Shown in pieces: positions 1 to 10,800 of a DNA stretch of 64,000 nt. The position numbers and the translations under genes are program-made. Origin of the DNA: Thermoproteota archaeon (GTDB lineage: Archaea > Korarchaeota > Korarchaeia > Korarchaeales > Korarchaeaceae); the NCBI GenBank assembly GCA_026986575.1, contig JALSOH010000006.1, positions 352,001 to 416,000 of the forward strand, in the 5' to 3' direction. Position 1 is the first letter of the stretch. The number at the start of each line of letters is the position of its first letter. The notes beneath the pieces were generated by a model. That model was given only the letters and a program-made list of their open reading frames with translations. It was not told where the DNA came from and ran no database searches.

Positions 1-2
1 CA

Positions 3-692
3 AAGCATCTTAGGGGCAGCGTCAAGAAGGTGGTGATTACAGCGCCAGCCAAGGGCGAACCTGCAGACTATACAGTTGTTATGGGCGTCAACGAGGACGG
101 TCTGGATCTGGACAAGCACCATGTGATAAGCAACGCCTCCTGCACTACCAACGCCTTCGCTATGCTGGTCAAAGTGCTGTACGAGAGCTTCGGAATAAGG
201 AGGGGGTTGATGACCACGGTTCACGCCTACACCAACGATCAGAGGATACTGGACGCGCCCCACAGGGACCTTAGGAGGGCTAGGGCTGCTGCCATGTCCA
301 TAATACCCACATCCACTGGCGCGGCGAAGGCCATAGAGCTGATATTCCCTGAGCTGAGGGGGAGGCTGGCCGCGATAGCCCTGAGGGTACCCACTCCGGA
401 TGTGTCCATAGTCGATTTCTCCGCAGAGGTCGAAAGGGAGACCAACATCCATGAGATAAACAGGGCCTTTGAGGAGGCCGCCAGCGGTCCCCTGTCAAGG
501 TACATAGGAATAGCCCACGATCCCGTAGTATCGGTCGACTTGGTGGGAGATGAGCACAGCGTCATCTTCGATCCCGAGCTTACCCAAGTTGTGGATGGCA
601 ACTTCGTCAAGGTGTTCGGATGGTACGACAATGAGTGGGGCTATTCGGCTAGAGTGGTCGACCTCCTCGAATATATAGCGAATAAAATGTGA
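3..692 (+). CDS. gap: Glyceraldehyde-3-phosphate dehydrogenase, type I (bacterial-like); 5' part lies outside the window
   Basis: Motifs SNASCTTN, TTVHAYT, RRARAAA, IPTSTGAAKA, RVPTPDVS, WYDNEWGYS; frame is open to the window edge. Confidence 0.95.
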   Translation, partial: KHLRGSVKKVVITAPAKGEPADYTVVMGVNEDGLDLDKHHVISNASCTTNAFAMLVKVLYESFGIRRGLMTTVHAYTNDQRILDAPHRDLRRARAAAMSIIPTSTGAAKAIELIFPELRGRLAAIALRVPTPDVSIVDFSAEVERETNIHEINRAFEEAASGPLSRYIGIAHDPVVSVDLVGDEHSVIFDPELTQVVDGNFVKVFGWYDNEWGYSARVVDLLEYIANKM

Positions 693-707
693 GATGGGAG
701 GATCCCC

Positions 708-3578
708 TCACTCTATGTAGATGGCTGGTTTCCCGGGTGCGGCCCTCCCGGCCCTCTTTTTAGGATCGTAGGACGGTGAATCCTCGTCCTCGAACACTAT
801 CTCCAAGCCCAGCTTCTTCTCCAAGAAGGACTTAGCGTCCTTGAGGGCTCCGAGCTCAGCTTCCTTGCTGGGCAGCCACGGCCATCCGCCCGTGGTGAAC
901 TGTCTGATCAGGTCAACCGCTTGCTTGCTCTTGACCTTGAACCTCTCCTCCTTCATCACCTCAGGTATTATCCTGCGCGGATTGAGTTCATGAACTCTCT
1001 TCAGCTCATCGATCCTCCTAAATAGATCGTACTTCCAGTCTGACGCTAAGTAGAGGTAAAGCCTGCTTCCCTTCACCCCTGAAGAGAGGACGCTCCTCAC
1101 ATCCTCGAGGACATTGGACACGACCTCGTATGAGAGTTCCGCTTCTGGGTATTGGGGCATCTCCTCAGGATCGGGCCACCTAGCGAGGGACACGAAACCC
1201 TCTCCGCCGATTATCTCCCAGATCTCCTCGGCCATGTGGGGCGCGAAGGGGGCGAGTAGTCTGGCCCATATCTTGAGAATAGCCTTGATGATCCCCTCAT
1301 TAGGTCTTTCCTTAGCCTCCAAGTACTCCTCCATCTCGTTGAGGAGCAAGTAGAGTGAGTGCTGTATCGCTTCTCTGCTCCTGCACTCCTCCATGGCCTC
1401 AGTCGTAGCTATTATATGGGTCCTCGTCCTGCTAAGTATCCACTTGTCCCAGAAGTCCTCCGGTTCCTTTCTCTCCTCCGCTCCCGAGAACTGCGTGGCT
1501 ATCTCGTGTATCCTGAACAACCTCTTAAGGGTACTAGCTGCTACCTGAGGAGAGAAGTCAGCATCGGAGAGGAGCTCGGCAGAACCGAGAACGGACAGCC
1601 TGATGGGGTCAGCACCGAACATCTCCACGGCCTCCCTTATCGGTATTATGTTGCCCAATGATTTGGACATCTTCTTTCCTTCCATGGTGACCGAGCCGTT
1701 CACGACTATCTGCCTGGGCCAGAGCTCTTTGGGGAATATGGCTACATGATTGAAGATGAAGAATGTGAGGTGATTCCATATGAGGTCCCTGCCGCTGTGC
1801 CTGGAGTCGAGCGGATACCAGTAGGCGAACTCCTCCTTGAGTCTCTTAAGGACCTCTACATCGATTCCCTTCCTCCTAGCGATGACCTCCGGATCTCCCT
1901 TTCCGAGGAATATGTAGTCGAAGGTCTCGTCGTCCAAGTGGTCAGCGGTAACCAGACCCTCGTTTATGAACTTACTTATCGTGTAGTAGGCCATATAGAT
2001 TGTGGAATCGCTGAGACTCTCTATTATCCAATCGGGATCGAACGGAAGCTTGGTTCCGAGACCGCTCTTTCTAGCACAGGCCTTCTCTCTCATCCAATCT
2101 ATTGCCTCCTCGAACTCCCTCCTGACCTCCTTCGGAACTATCCTCATGTTGTTTAGGGCCTCGTGGGCCAACCTTTTCCATTCAGGTTTAGAGTAGTCGA
2201 TGAACCACTGGTCCTCCACTATGTTCACGACTATCTTAGCTCCGCATCTGCAGTACACGGGAGCATTGGCTATCTCGTAGAACACATAAGCCTTCCCCGC
2301 GGCTATCAGATCTTCCTTAACCCTCTCCTTGGCTTCGCTGACTGGTAAGCCCGCATACTTCCCGGTATTAGATTTCATCCTGCCGGAGTGATATTCCTTA
2401 GAGTAGACGAGCTCGGTGGCCTCCTCAGCCTTCTCGTCCCTTTGGTCTCTGACCCCAAGGGATTCCACGGCGTCCTTGGCCGGGAACTCGCCGAACCCCT
2501 CCACCTCGATTATCGATATCGGCTTAAGGCCATTGAGTACCTCCGAAGGGAGACCGTACCTTTTGAGAGCATCCGGCTTCCTCTTGAGATCCAAGAGAGC
2601 GAGATAATCGTAAGGAGCGTGCCCGGGGACGGACATCACTATGCCAGTCCCGTAATCCGGATCAACGAACTCAGCTGGGAGTATCACGACCTCTTCCCCA
2701 GTCATGGGATTTCTCACTTTCTTCCCCAGCAGATCTCTGCCCCAGATCTCACCGATCTCCCCCTTCACGGGGAACTTCTGGAACTTGAGCTTTATCAGGG
2801 CCTCTTCAGAGACCACCCACTTCTCCCCGTCCACCTCGATGATCTTGTACTTCACCTCCGGATTTATCCAAATATTGGTGACGCCGAGAATGGTCTCAGG
2901 TCTGAAGGTAACGACCGGGATGATAAATTCGTTCTCGAACTTTATCAGAGTGGTCTCAGCGATCTCCGGTTCCACATCACCTATTGTGTCATGCTGACCT
3001 ACCGCATTATTGCACCTCGGGCACCAACCGACAGGATGTCTACCCTTGGTGAGGAGACCTTTCTCGTGGAGCTTGTGGAACTGCCATGTTATGAAGTTAT
3101 TGTAGGGCGGGTCTATGGTAGTGAACTCCCTCCTCCAGTCTATGGAGTACCCCATGAGCTTCATCCCCGACTTGATCTCCTCGTGGAAGTAGCGAGCCAT
3201 CTTGAGCGGGTCCTCCAGCTCCTTTAGCTTCTCCTTGGGTATGTGGAATATCTTTGTGAATATGCGTATGAGTTCCTTGTCACCCTCCCTGAGCCTCTTT
3301 GCCATAGCGAGGATCGGAGTTCCGGTGTAGTGAAAGGCCATGGGGAAGAGCACATTGTAACCCTGCATCCTCTTGAAACGGGCATATGCATCTGTGAGTC
3401 CGTAGGTCCTCCCGTGACCCACGTGTTGCGGGCTGTTGGGATAGGGATAGGCCACGGTAAGGTAAAATTTCTCTCTGCCGTCTGGATCTGCTTCGAATAT
3501 TTTAGCTTCCTCCCACTTGGCCTGCCATTTCCTCTCTATCCGCCTGAGCTTACTGACGAGGTTGGCCTCCGCCTCCAA
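708..3578 (-). CDS. leuS: Leucine--tRNA ligase, archaeal type
   Basis: HVGH (HIGH) and KMSKS motifs, editing-domain GTGIVMSVPGHAPYDY, C-terminal PGKPAIYIE; 956 aa. Confidence 0.97.
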   Translation of the reverse strand: MEAEANLVSKLRRIERKWQAKWEEAKIFEADPDGREKFYLTVAYPYPNSPQHVGHGRTYGLTDAYARFKRMQGYNVLFPMAFHYTGTPILAMAKRLREGDKELIRIFTKIFHIPKEKLKELEDPLKMARYFHEEIKSGMKLMGYSIDWRREFTTIDPPYNNFITWQFHKLHEKGLLTKGRHPVGWCPRCNNAVGQHDTIGDVEPEIAETTLIKFENEFIIPVVTFRPETILGVTNIWINPEVKYKIIEVDGEKWVVSEEALIKLKFQKFPVKGEIGEIWGRDLLGKKVRNPMTGEEVVILPAEFVDPDYGTGIVMSVPGHAPYDYLALLDLKRKPDALKRYGLPSEVLNGLKPISIIEVEGFGEFPAKDAVESLGVRDQRDEKAEEATELVYSKEYHSGRMKSNTGKYAGLPVSEAKERVKEDLIAAGKAYVFYEIANAPVYCRCGAKIVVNIVEDQWFIDYSKPEWKRLAHEALNNMRIVPKEVRREFEEAIDWMREKACARKSGLGTKLPFDPDWIIESLSDSTIYMAYYTISKFINEGLVTADHLDDETFDYIFLGKGDPEVIARRKGIDVEVLKRLKEEFAYWYPLDSRHSGRDLIWNHLTFFIFNHVAIFPKELWPRQIVVNGSVTMEGKKMSKSLGNIIPIREAVEMFGADPIRLSVLGSAELLSDADFSPQVAASTLKRLFRIHEIATQFSGAEERKEPEDFWDKWILSRTRTHIIATTEAMEECRSREAIQHSLYLLLNEMEEYLEAKERPNEGIIKAILKIWARLLAPFAPHMAEEIWEIIGGEGFVSLARWPDPEEMPQYPEAELSYEVVSNVLEDVRSVLSSGVKGSRLYLYLASDWKYDLFRRIDELKRVHELNPRRIIPEVMKEERFKVKSKQAVDLIRQFTTGGWPWLPSKEAELGALKDAKSFLEKKLGLEIVFEDEDSPSYDPKKRAGRAAPGKPAIYIE

Positions 3579-3675
3579 ATATCACCACCTTCTCCACCGG
3601 AATCGCTCAAATGGGACAGTGCCAATGAAAAAGTTACCCTCAGCCTAGTATATGAATGAAAGAAAGAGGGTTCGG

Positions 3676-3909
3676 TCAGTCGTTCTGTCCGCCGCTCCCA
3701 CCATTATCGAGACTGAACACATTGCTTATGAGACCGTCCACCCACTCGACAAAGCTGTTCCAGTTTTCCCAAGCGTTCTGAGGCATTTCCCAGACGAACT
3801 TGGCTGCATTCGCCATGGGAGTGACAACTATCCCCAAGAAGAATGCTAGGGTCACGGCTATGAGGAGAGCCTGCTCCAGCGTGCCGGTAACTCCCTTCCT
3901 CCTCCGCAT
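3676..3909 (-). CDS. Small pilin-like protein with putative class III signal peptide
   Basis: MRRRKG followed by VTGTLE and a ~20-residue hydrophobic helix; GGTGA RBS upstream. Confidence 0.55.
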   Translation of the reverse strand: MRRRKGVTGTLEQALLIAVTLAFFLGIVVTPMANAAKFVWEMPQNAWENWNSFVEWVDGLISNVFSLDNGGSGGQND

Positions 3910-3981
3910 GACGTCACCAATTTTTAATTAGGGAGCACGGCATATATGGAACCGACATTACGAGTGAAATGGGAAAGTGTG

Positions 3982-4197
3982 ATGGAAGTGGGCAGGTCAA
4001 AGAAGACGATCAAGATAACTGTGTGTCCCGTTTGTGGGAGCACTAATATAAGGAAGGTCTCCCCCTTCTCTGGCTGGCTACTGCCAGAGGAATATGTCTG
4101 TCTGGACTGTGGTTATAGAGGCCCCATCGTGGCCGAGATAGAGGTGGATGAGGATGAGGCTAAGGGGGATAGAGGATCCAGCGGAAACCATATCTAG
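3982..4197 (+). CDS. Small zinc-ribbon protein
   Basis: CPVCGS...YVCLDCGYRGP; start uncertain (ORF is open from 3946). Confidence 0.75.
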   Translation: MEVGRSKKTIKITVCPVCGSTNIRKVSPFSGWLLPEEYVCLDCGYRGPIVAEIEVDEDEAKGDRGSSGNHI

Positions 4198-4594
4198 GGT
4201 GATCAGTGACTTGGGACTTGAGGAGTTCACCCGAGTCTCCAGAATGGGAAGGATGATAAGGATCGAGATAATTTACGATCCTCTGGGTCAGGAAAGGCAG
4301 AATTTGATCTCGTTCAAGCACAGGCTGAAGAGACTGGGAGACTCCAGCGATTCAGTCGGTAAACACTTGGTTCAGCAGATAGAATACTTCTTAGAGAGGC
4401 TGGACCGCATAACTCTGGAGAGGGTTCTGGTTGCCGTGTCTTCGTCAGATGGCATACAAAAGTTAGAGAAACAACTAGCCTCCCTCCAGAGAGAAATGGA
4501 AGAGAGGCGAAAAAAGGCGAGGGAAATGAAGAGACTGGTAAGATCCCTGTCATCCTACATAAGAGAATACTTGAGGAATGTGGAAGGAGCCTAA
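4148..4594 (+). CDS. Hypothetical protein with C-terminal coiled coil
   Basis: 148-aa ORF, GAGGTGG RBS, charged helical composition. Confidence 0.65.
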   Translation: MRMRLRGIEDPAETISRVISDLGLEEFTRVSRMGRMIRIEIIYDPLGQERQNLISFKHRLKRLGDSSDSVGKHLVQQIEYFLERLDRITLERVLVAVSSSDGIQKLEKQLASLQREMEERRKKAREMKRLVRSLSSYIREYLRNVEGA

Positions 4595-4811
4595 TTTTCA
4601 TCCCCTCGATAAGATTACTTAATGATCACATTATGTTCAAATAAGTCGTTCATCGAAGTAGTAAGGATCCCTAATTATCCTCTCCAGAGAACGTTGGTAA
4701 AATTTGTGGCTTTACTATTGTTATTACATCCTTATACAGCATGAATTTAGCCTAGAGTCGGTAAACATTTATTAAGAATACCGGTGCTAGAGTGAATGAG
4801 GAGGTGGTCAA

Positions 4812-5060
4812 GTGGTATTACTGAAGTCCCATATTCGGATCCTAAAGGAGCTGGTAAAACGCGGCGACAAGGGCATGACTGCCAGTAAGTTAATTGCCAA
4901 GAGGGAGTACCGAGTTAAGGTCATCAAGTACTTGGAGAGTGAGGGCCTGGTGAGGGTCACTTACAGCGGCGGCGGAATGAGAGTCTACGCCACTGAAAGG
5001 GCAAAGAAACTCCTTGAAAGGCTGGAAAAGGAGAAACCCGAGCTCTTGGTCAATACTTGA
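4812..5060 (+). CDS. Winged-helix DNA-binding protein
   Basis: IKYLESEGLV...VYATERAKKLL wing pattern; GGAGGTGG RBS and upstream TATA-like TTTATTAA. Confidence 0.7.
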   Translation: MVLLKSHIRILKELVKRGDKGMTASKLIAKREYRVKVIKYLESEGLVRVTYSGGGMRVYATERAKKLLERLEKEKPELLVNT

Positions 5061-5643
5061 ATATTTCCCTGAGGTCTCGCACATAGAGACCCGCACCTTC
5101 TATCTTCCCTCCAACGCATATGGTGAGGCACCCTATCTCCTTCCCGGACCTTACATCCCATTCCATGTCCCCTAGAAATACGCAATCTCCTCCTTTAACA
5201 CCCAATTTTTTCAGGGCATAAACTAACTGTTCTCTCCTGTCCAGAGAGTACTCTCTAGTGACGATCACGTCGAACAGATCGGCTAGATTCATATTCCTCA
5301 GGACTAAAACGGCCGACCTGCTAGCTTGCATTGTTACAAGTCCTATTTGGAGGCCTTCTTTCCTTAAGGAAACGAGGAATTTTCTCAGTTCTTCGTCCTG
5401 TCGGGCCCTCGATGCTGCTTTCAATTCCTCCTCCTCTACTATCTCAAATGCCCGTTTAACCTCATCCTCGTTCCTAGCAGCTATAGGTATGCTCCTCCCC
5501 AAGGGTCTCAGGGGATGATCCCATCCCATCGCCCGCCTAACCCTCTCCCTGAGGGAATCCCAATCTATGCGGAGATCGACTAGGGTTCCATCCAGATCGG
5601 TTATCAGTGCTTTCTTACTCTGAAGAAGTTCACGGATCCGCAC
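5050..5643 (-). CDS. HAD-family hydrolase
   Basis: DLDGTL motif I and FLGDMEWD motif IV; start placed at the GTG overlapping the topA end (uncertain). Confidence 0.85.
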   Translation of the reverse strand: MRIRELLQSKKALITDLDGTLVDLRIDWDSLRERVRRAMGWDHPLRPLGRSIPIAARNEDEVKRAFEIVEEEELKAASRARQDEELRKFLVSLRKEGLQIGLVTMQASRSAVLVLRNMNLADLFDVIVTREYSLDRREQLVYALKKLGVKGGDCVFLGDMEWDVRSGKEIGCLTICVGGKIEGAGLYVRDLREIFKY

Positions 5644-7763
5644 TCCCTGCACTGGAGGTATACTCCATATTTCCCCTTCTTCGGGACCATCACCCCGCCG
5701 CATTTGGCGCACCTCACCGGGCTCTCCTCACAATTACCCAAGCACCTGATGTACTTGAGGGTCTTCTTACTCTTAGTTCTGATCCTTCCCTCCACCAGTG
5801 GGAGACCACACTTGCACTCCTCCCTCAGTATGCGCTCCCCCGGCAGGAGGTTGAACTTTACATCGCAGTCGTCAGGATAGCCAGAGCATATGACGAAGTA
5901 TCCGTACTTGCTCTTCTTGAGGAGGAGATCTCTCCCGCACTTCGGGCATTTCCCTATGATGTTCTGGGATAACCTGTATTCCTGAACAGCCTTGGCCAGC
6001 TTCTCCGAGATTAGCCCTTCCTTACTCTTGAAGTCCCTCATTATCTGCTCCAGTTTCAGTAACGCATCGCTGAGGAAGGAGCTGTGGTCTAACTCCCCTC
6101 TTTCAATCTTTGTCATGGCTTCTTCAAGCTTAGCCGTGAGCTCCGGGCTTGTAAGGTCTGGAACGTACTCCTCAAGCACCTCCGCGACCGCCTCTCCCAG
6201 TGGAGTAGGCTTGAAACTCTTACCTTCTATGTACCCCCTTTCCTTGAGTATGTCCAGTATCTGGACCCTAGTGTTCTTTGTTCCCAGACCCAACCTCTCC
6301 ATCTCCTTGATTATGGAGACCGGGGTGTACCTCTTTGGTGGCTGGGTCTCCTTCTCCTCTATCTTTACGTCGATGCACTTGACTTCCTCTCCATTGTCGA
6401 CCGGAGGCATCGAGTAATCTTTTTTGGCGTATGGATAGACCCTGAGCCATCCCTTCTCTAGCAGAGCGGCGCCGCTAGCCTTAAACCTGTACCCCTCCAC
6501 CACGATCTCCACATTCACCCTCTTGATGAGGGCGTCCGGTGCTAGGGTGGCCAGATTCCTCCTGGCTATTATCTCGTAGACTCTCCTGTGATTTCTACTC
6601 TGGAATTCTTCCTCAGGAGAACCGACTACATGGATGGTCGGGTGGGCTGGATCGTCCTTCTTCCCCTCCACGGGCCTGTCCCTCATGTTCTCTAACACGT
6701 AGGAAGCGTCCTCCTTGAGAGGGGAATAACTTCCTATGAGCTCGACCATCCCGACGAAGTCCTCCTTAGTCCAGTTTTTCGGGTACTTCTGGCTTTCCGT
6801 TCCGATGTAGCTGATGAGACCCGCTTCGTACAATTGCTGGGCGATTCCGGTCGATCGGTCTGCTATTTGCTTCGGGGTCAGCCCCGTTATCCTGCTCACC
6901 TCTATTTGCATGGAGGTACCATCAAAGGGAGGAGGAGGAGCGAGCGAGACCTTCTTAGACCTGACCTTGGCCTTGACCATCCTTCCCCTAATGGCCTCAG
7001 CCGCTCTCTCCGCATACTCCCTACTCCATACCTTCTCCTCACCCTTGGGAGGCGCCAGCTTGACCTCGAATGTCCCCTCTCCACTCTCCATCAGTGCTGT
7101 CACGACGTAATACTTCTTGGGAACGAAGTTCCTGATCTCCCGCTCCCTCTTCACTATGAGGGAGAGGGTAGGTCCTTGAACCCTGCCTGAACTGAGCACC
7201 CTCACCCAGCTCCTCTTCCTTGTGCTCAGGGTGAGCCCCCTCGAGACGTTGGCGCCCCACTGCAGGTCCAACACCCTCCTAGCGAATCCTGCATTAGCTC
7301 TGGGATAGTCAAAGGATTTGAGATTGTGGAAAGCTTCCTTTATCTCCTGAGCGTTCAGGGACGAGAACTCCATCCTGTAGATCTCCTTATTTTCCTCCCA
7401 TCCCAAGGCTCTCATTATCTCGAGGGCTATGGAACTCCCCTCGGCGTCCAAGTCCGTGGCAATGATTATCCTATCAGCCTTCCTCCCCAGCCTCTCTATC
7501 ACCCTTAGAAACTGGCTCTTCCCATCTATCTCCCTTAAGACAAGCTCCTCTGGGGGCAGGATTATCGGATAGACCCACTTACCCTCGGGATAGTCTAGCT
7601 CCAGCAGGTGTCCAGCTGCTGGCACTACCACGTACTCCTCACCACCGAGATCGAAAGTGTAGTAGGTTAATCTGCCGATCTTCTTCTGCTGAGGTTTCTT
7701 CGAGAGGATAGAAGCTATCCTCTTGGCGACCCTTGGCTTCTCTGTGAGTATTAGGGTGGTCAT
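5604..7763 (-). CDS. topA: DNA topoisomerase IA with C-terminal zinc ribbons
   Basis: TOPRIM TEKP and ATDLDAEG, SGRVQGP, LYEAGLISY (catalytic Tyr), GLGTKNTR, C4 zinc-finger repeats. Confidence 0.93.
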   Translation of the reverse strand: MTTLILTEKPRVAKRIASILSKKPQQKKIGRLTYYTFDLGGEEYVVVPAAGHLLELDYPEGKWVYPIILPPEELVLREIDGKSQFLRVIERLGRKADRIIIATDLDAEGSSIALEIMRALGWEENKEIYRMEFSSLNAQEIKEAFHNLKSFDYPRANAGFARRVLDLQWGANVSRGLTLSTRKRSWVRVLSSGRVQGPTLSLIVKREREIRNFVPKKYYVVTALMESGEGTFEVKLAPPKGEEKVWSREYAERAAEAIRGRMVKAKVRSKKVSLAPPPPFDGTSMQIEVSRITGLTPKQIADRSTGIAQQLYEAGLISYIGTESQKYPKNWTKEDFVGMVELIGSYSPLKEDASYVLENMRDRPVEGKKDDPAHPTIHVVGSPEEEFQSRNHRRVYEIIARRNLATLAPDALIKRVNVEIVVEGYRFKASGAALLEKGWLRVYPYAKKDYSMPPVDNGEEVKCIDVKIEEKETQPPKRYTPVSIIKEMERLGLGTKNTRVQILDILKERGYIEGKSFKPTPLGEAVAEVLEEYVPDLTSPELTAKLEEAMTKIERGELDHSSFLSDALLKLEQIMRDFKSKEGLISEKLAKAVQEYRLSQNIIGKCPKCGRDLLLKKSKYGYFVICSGYPDDCDVKFNLLPGERILREECKCGLPLVEGRIRTKSKKTLKYIRCLGNCEESPVRCAKCGGVMVPKKGKYGVYLQCRECGSVNFFRVRKH

Positions 7764-7849
7764 ATTCGGGCACCTAGTTCCTCATAGCCGGAGATTAACG
7801 ACGCATTACATGCGCCCTCTCCCCAATATATGGCTGTTTCGGTACCTCC

Positions 7850-10800
7850 ATGCGAGGCCTCATGAAGGTAAAATTCGGGCTGCTGTTGATACTTCTACTC
7901 CTCCTACCAGCTTACGGCGTGAAGGCGACCACTCCGAGAACCCTAGTGGTCCATACTGGGACGGCTTGTATCTCCGGCGACCTGTACTTCGATCTACCTA
8001 GCGAAGCCCTGTCTTCAGCCTCCCCTAGTGATACGATACTCGTGTGTCCCGGAACCTATAGGGATAATGTGAAGATTGTAGTGAGCGATATCTCGTTCAG
8101 AGGTGTGGGTGACCCATCACAGGTCAGGATAGAGGCCCTAAATACCACCCAGAATGTCATAGAGCTGTGGAACGTGAGGAATGTGACGGTGGAGAATTTC
8201 ACCGTGGTAGGTGCTATCGGCTCCCAGATGGCGGGAATACACGTCCAGCTCTCTAGTGAGAGTCTCATCAGGAACATCGTCGCCACGGGTAATTACTTCG
8301 GGATCAACGTAGTATCGAGCTCAAACATCACTCTCAGCGGGATCGACGCGAGCAATAACACTAACGTGGGGATCAACGTGAAGGGGACAGTGATATCAGC
8401 GATCCGCGAATCCTCGGCCGAGGGGAACAGGGTAGGCCTGCTCCTCCTGTTCACATCCGATACCCTAGTAGAAAAGGTGAACACCACCGGAAACTCAGAA
8501 GGAGGGGTGCTGCTGGAGTACTCGGCCAACAACACATTCTCAAACCTGTTCTCCGGTAGGAACGGATGGTACGGGATCTACTTGGAAGATTCTGACGATA
8601 ATTCATTCTCTGATATCGTGACGGTGAACAACACGGCTTCTGGAAGCGACGGTTACGGTATCTACATCTACTTGAGGTCCGAGGACAACGAGTTCACCAA
8701 GATGAGTACTGAGGGAAACATCTACGGGGTTGCCGTGGTGTCACAATCCAACAGGAATTCCCTGACGAATTCCACGATGGAGAACAACACGATAGCTGGA
8801 GTTTACGTGGAGGCGAGCGAGGGTAACGAGATAGATGCGGAGATCTCGGGTAGCATGTACGGAGTGTGGATCCAAGACGGAAACGGTAACGAGATCAGAG
8901 GGGAGATAAGTGAATGCAGGTGGGGTGTGCTACTCTCCGGCCTCTCCGGATCGTCGGGCAATGTGATCAACGGCACATCTATACACGACAATTCGTATAC
9001 GGGCGTAATAGTGGAAGGTAACTCATCCCGAGGTAACGTAATTACTAGGATCTCTTCCTACAACAACACTCTATTGGGCATAGACTTGGGTGGAGACTTC
9101 GTGACGCTCAACGACGGTTCGCTGTCCACGGGTCCCAACGACCTAGTGGATTATCCCGTCTTCTCTTGGGCCGCTGTCTACGGGAGCAGGCTCATAGTGA
9201 GGGGTTACATAAATGTAGAGGGATCGAACAGCGCCAATTCCAATTTCGATAATGCAACCGTGGAGATCTACCAGTCTGACGGGGATCCCAGCGGATACGG
9301 TGAGGGTCTGAGGTACTTGGGCACTCTGATGGCGGAAAATGGTGAATTCATGGGATGGATAGATCTACCTCCCGAGCTGACCTCCAAGCCCATAAATCTG
9401 ACCGCTCTGACTACACTGCTCCCACACGGGACTTCCGAGTTCGGTCCGGTATACGAGGCGCCCGCTGTGGCGACGAACCTGACCATCTCCAAGTCCATCA
9501 ACCCTTCCACGGTGACGCCCAATTCCACAGCAGAAGTTTTACTCCTGATCAGGAATTACGGCAACGGAACCGCGTACAACGTCACGGTAACTGATGTACT
9601 CCCGGAGGGCATGGAATACATTAACGGAACCGCGAGGGTCGATGGAGACATTGTGGAGCCGGAAATCGAGGGCAGGAATCTGAGCTGGTTGCTGGATGTG
9701 CCAGCCTACTCCGAGGTCGTCATAAGGTTCAACGTCTCGATCAACGCACCAGCCGGCACGACCTTGGAGAACTTGGTGGTCTTCGATGGAGATTACGGGG
9801 ATGGGAACGACACCGATGAGGTCGATGTGATAAACCCGGCCATATTAGAGGTCACCAAGGAGGCCCAGCCCGACCTAGTGGATGTGAATGAGACAGTCAA
9901 CTACACGGTGATCCTCGCCAACTCTGGCGGAATGTCCGCCCTCCTGATGGTGGAGGACCTACTTCCATCTGGGATGAATTACGTGAATGGATCCTTCTCA
10001 TCCAACCAGACCGTGGACGGTCCGGTGATTGAGGGCGGACATATGAGGTACAACATCACCTTGAATCCAGGCCAAGCAGCTAGGGTGACGTATTCCCTCA
10101 TGGCAACAACATACGGCACTAAGGAGAACAAAGTATATGTCAACAACTCCTTCATGGCATCTGCCTCCGTGCTCGTGAGAGACCCGCCGCCTCCACCGCC
10201 TCCCGACAGTGGTGGTAACACCGGAGGGTCTAACCGCAGGAGAACCCCACCACCGTGCGGTTGGATACCCCCGAACAATGACATAGAGGATCAAGCCCCC
10301 CAGAATAATGGGGAAGAAACTCATAACTACAGGCTGACCAGTCCCCCGATAGTCTTGGTGTCATTGGGATCCCAAGGAATCTTCTCCTCTCATGGAGGGC
10401 AGGGTAGCTCCGGAACGGGATCAGGATCCAGCGGGAGCATCTCCACTTCGCAGAACGGGAGCGAAAACGGCATATCTGGAGTGGCTGGAGTAACCAGTCC
10501 TCCCTTGGTGGTGGTCGAGCTGATGGCCACACCGACTTCAGCTGAGACCGGGACGCCCATCACGTTCGTGGTCAGGGTGAGCAACATAGGGGATGGTCCA
10601 TCCAAGGATCTCTCCCTCACGGTGGACCTCACAAGCGGCTTGGACTATGTGAAAGGCACCTCCATGGTCGGAGGTCTCCGAAGGGAGCCAGATAACGAGA
10701 ATAACAGGCTAGAGTGGGAGATTGGGGACTTGGACCCAGGTAAAGCCGTCGAGGTCAGCTTCAGGGCTGAATTGCTGGCCACATCCGGCAGCTTCAACGT

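Noticed and set aside
2388-3227. 279-aa plus-strand ORF and other ORFs inside leuS
   Set aside because: Antisense shadows of a well-supported gene
10180-10510. Pro-rich and Gly/Ser-rich low-complexity tracts and a duplicated TSPP(I/L)V motif
   Set aside because: Ordinary linkers within a surface protein, not an independent repeat element
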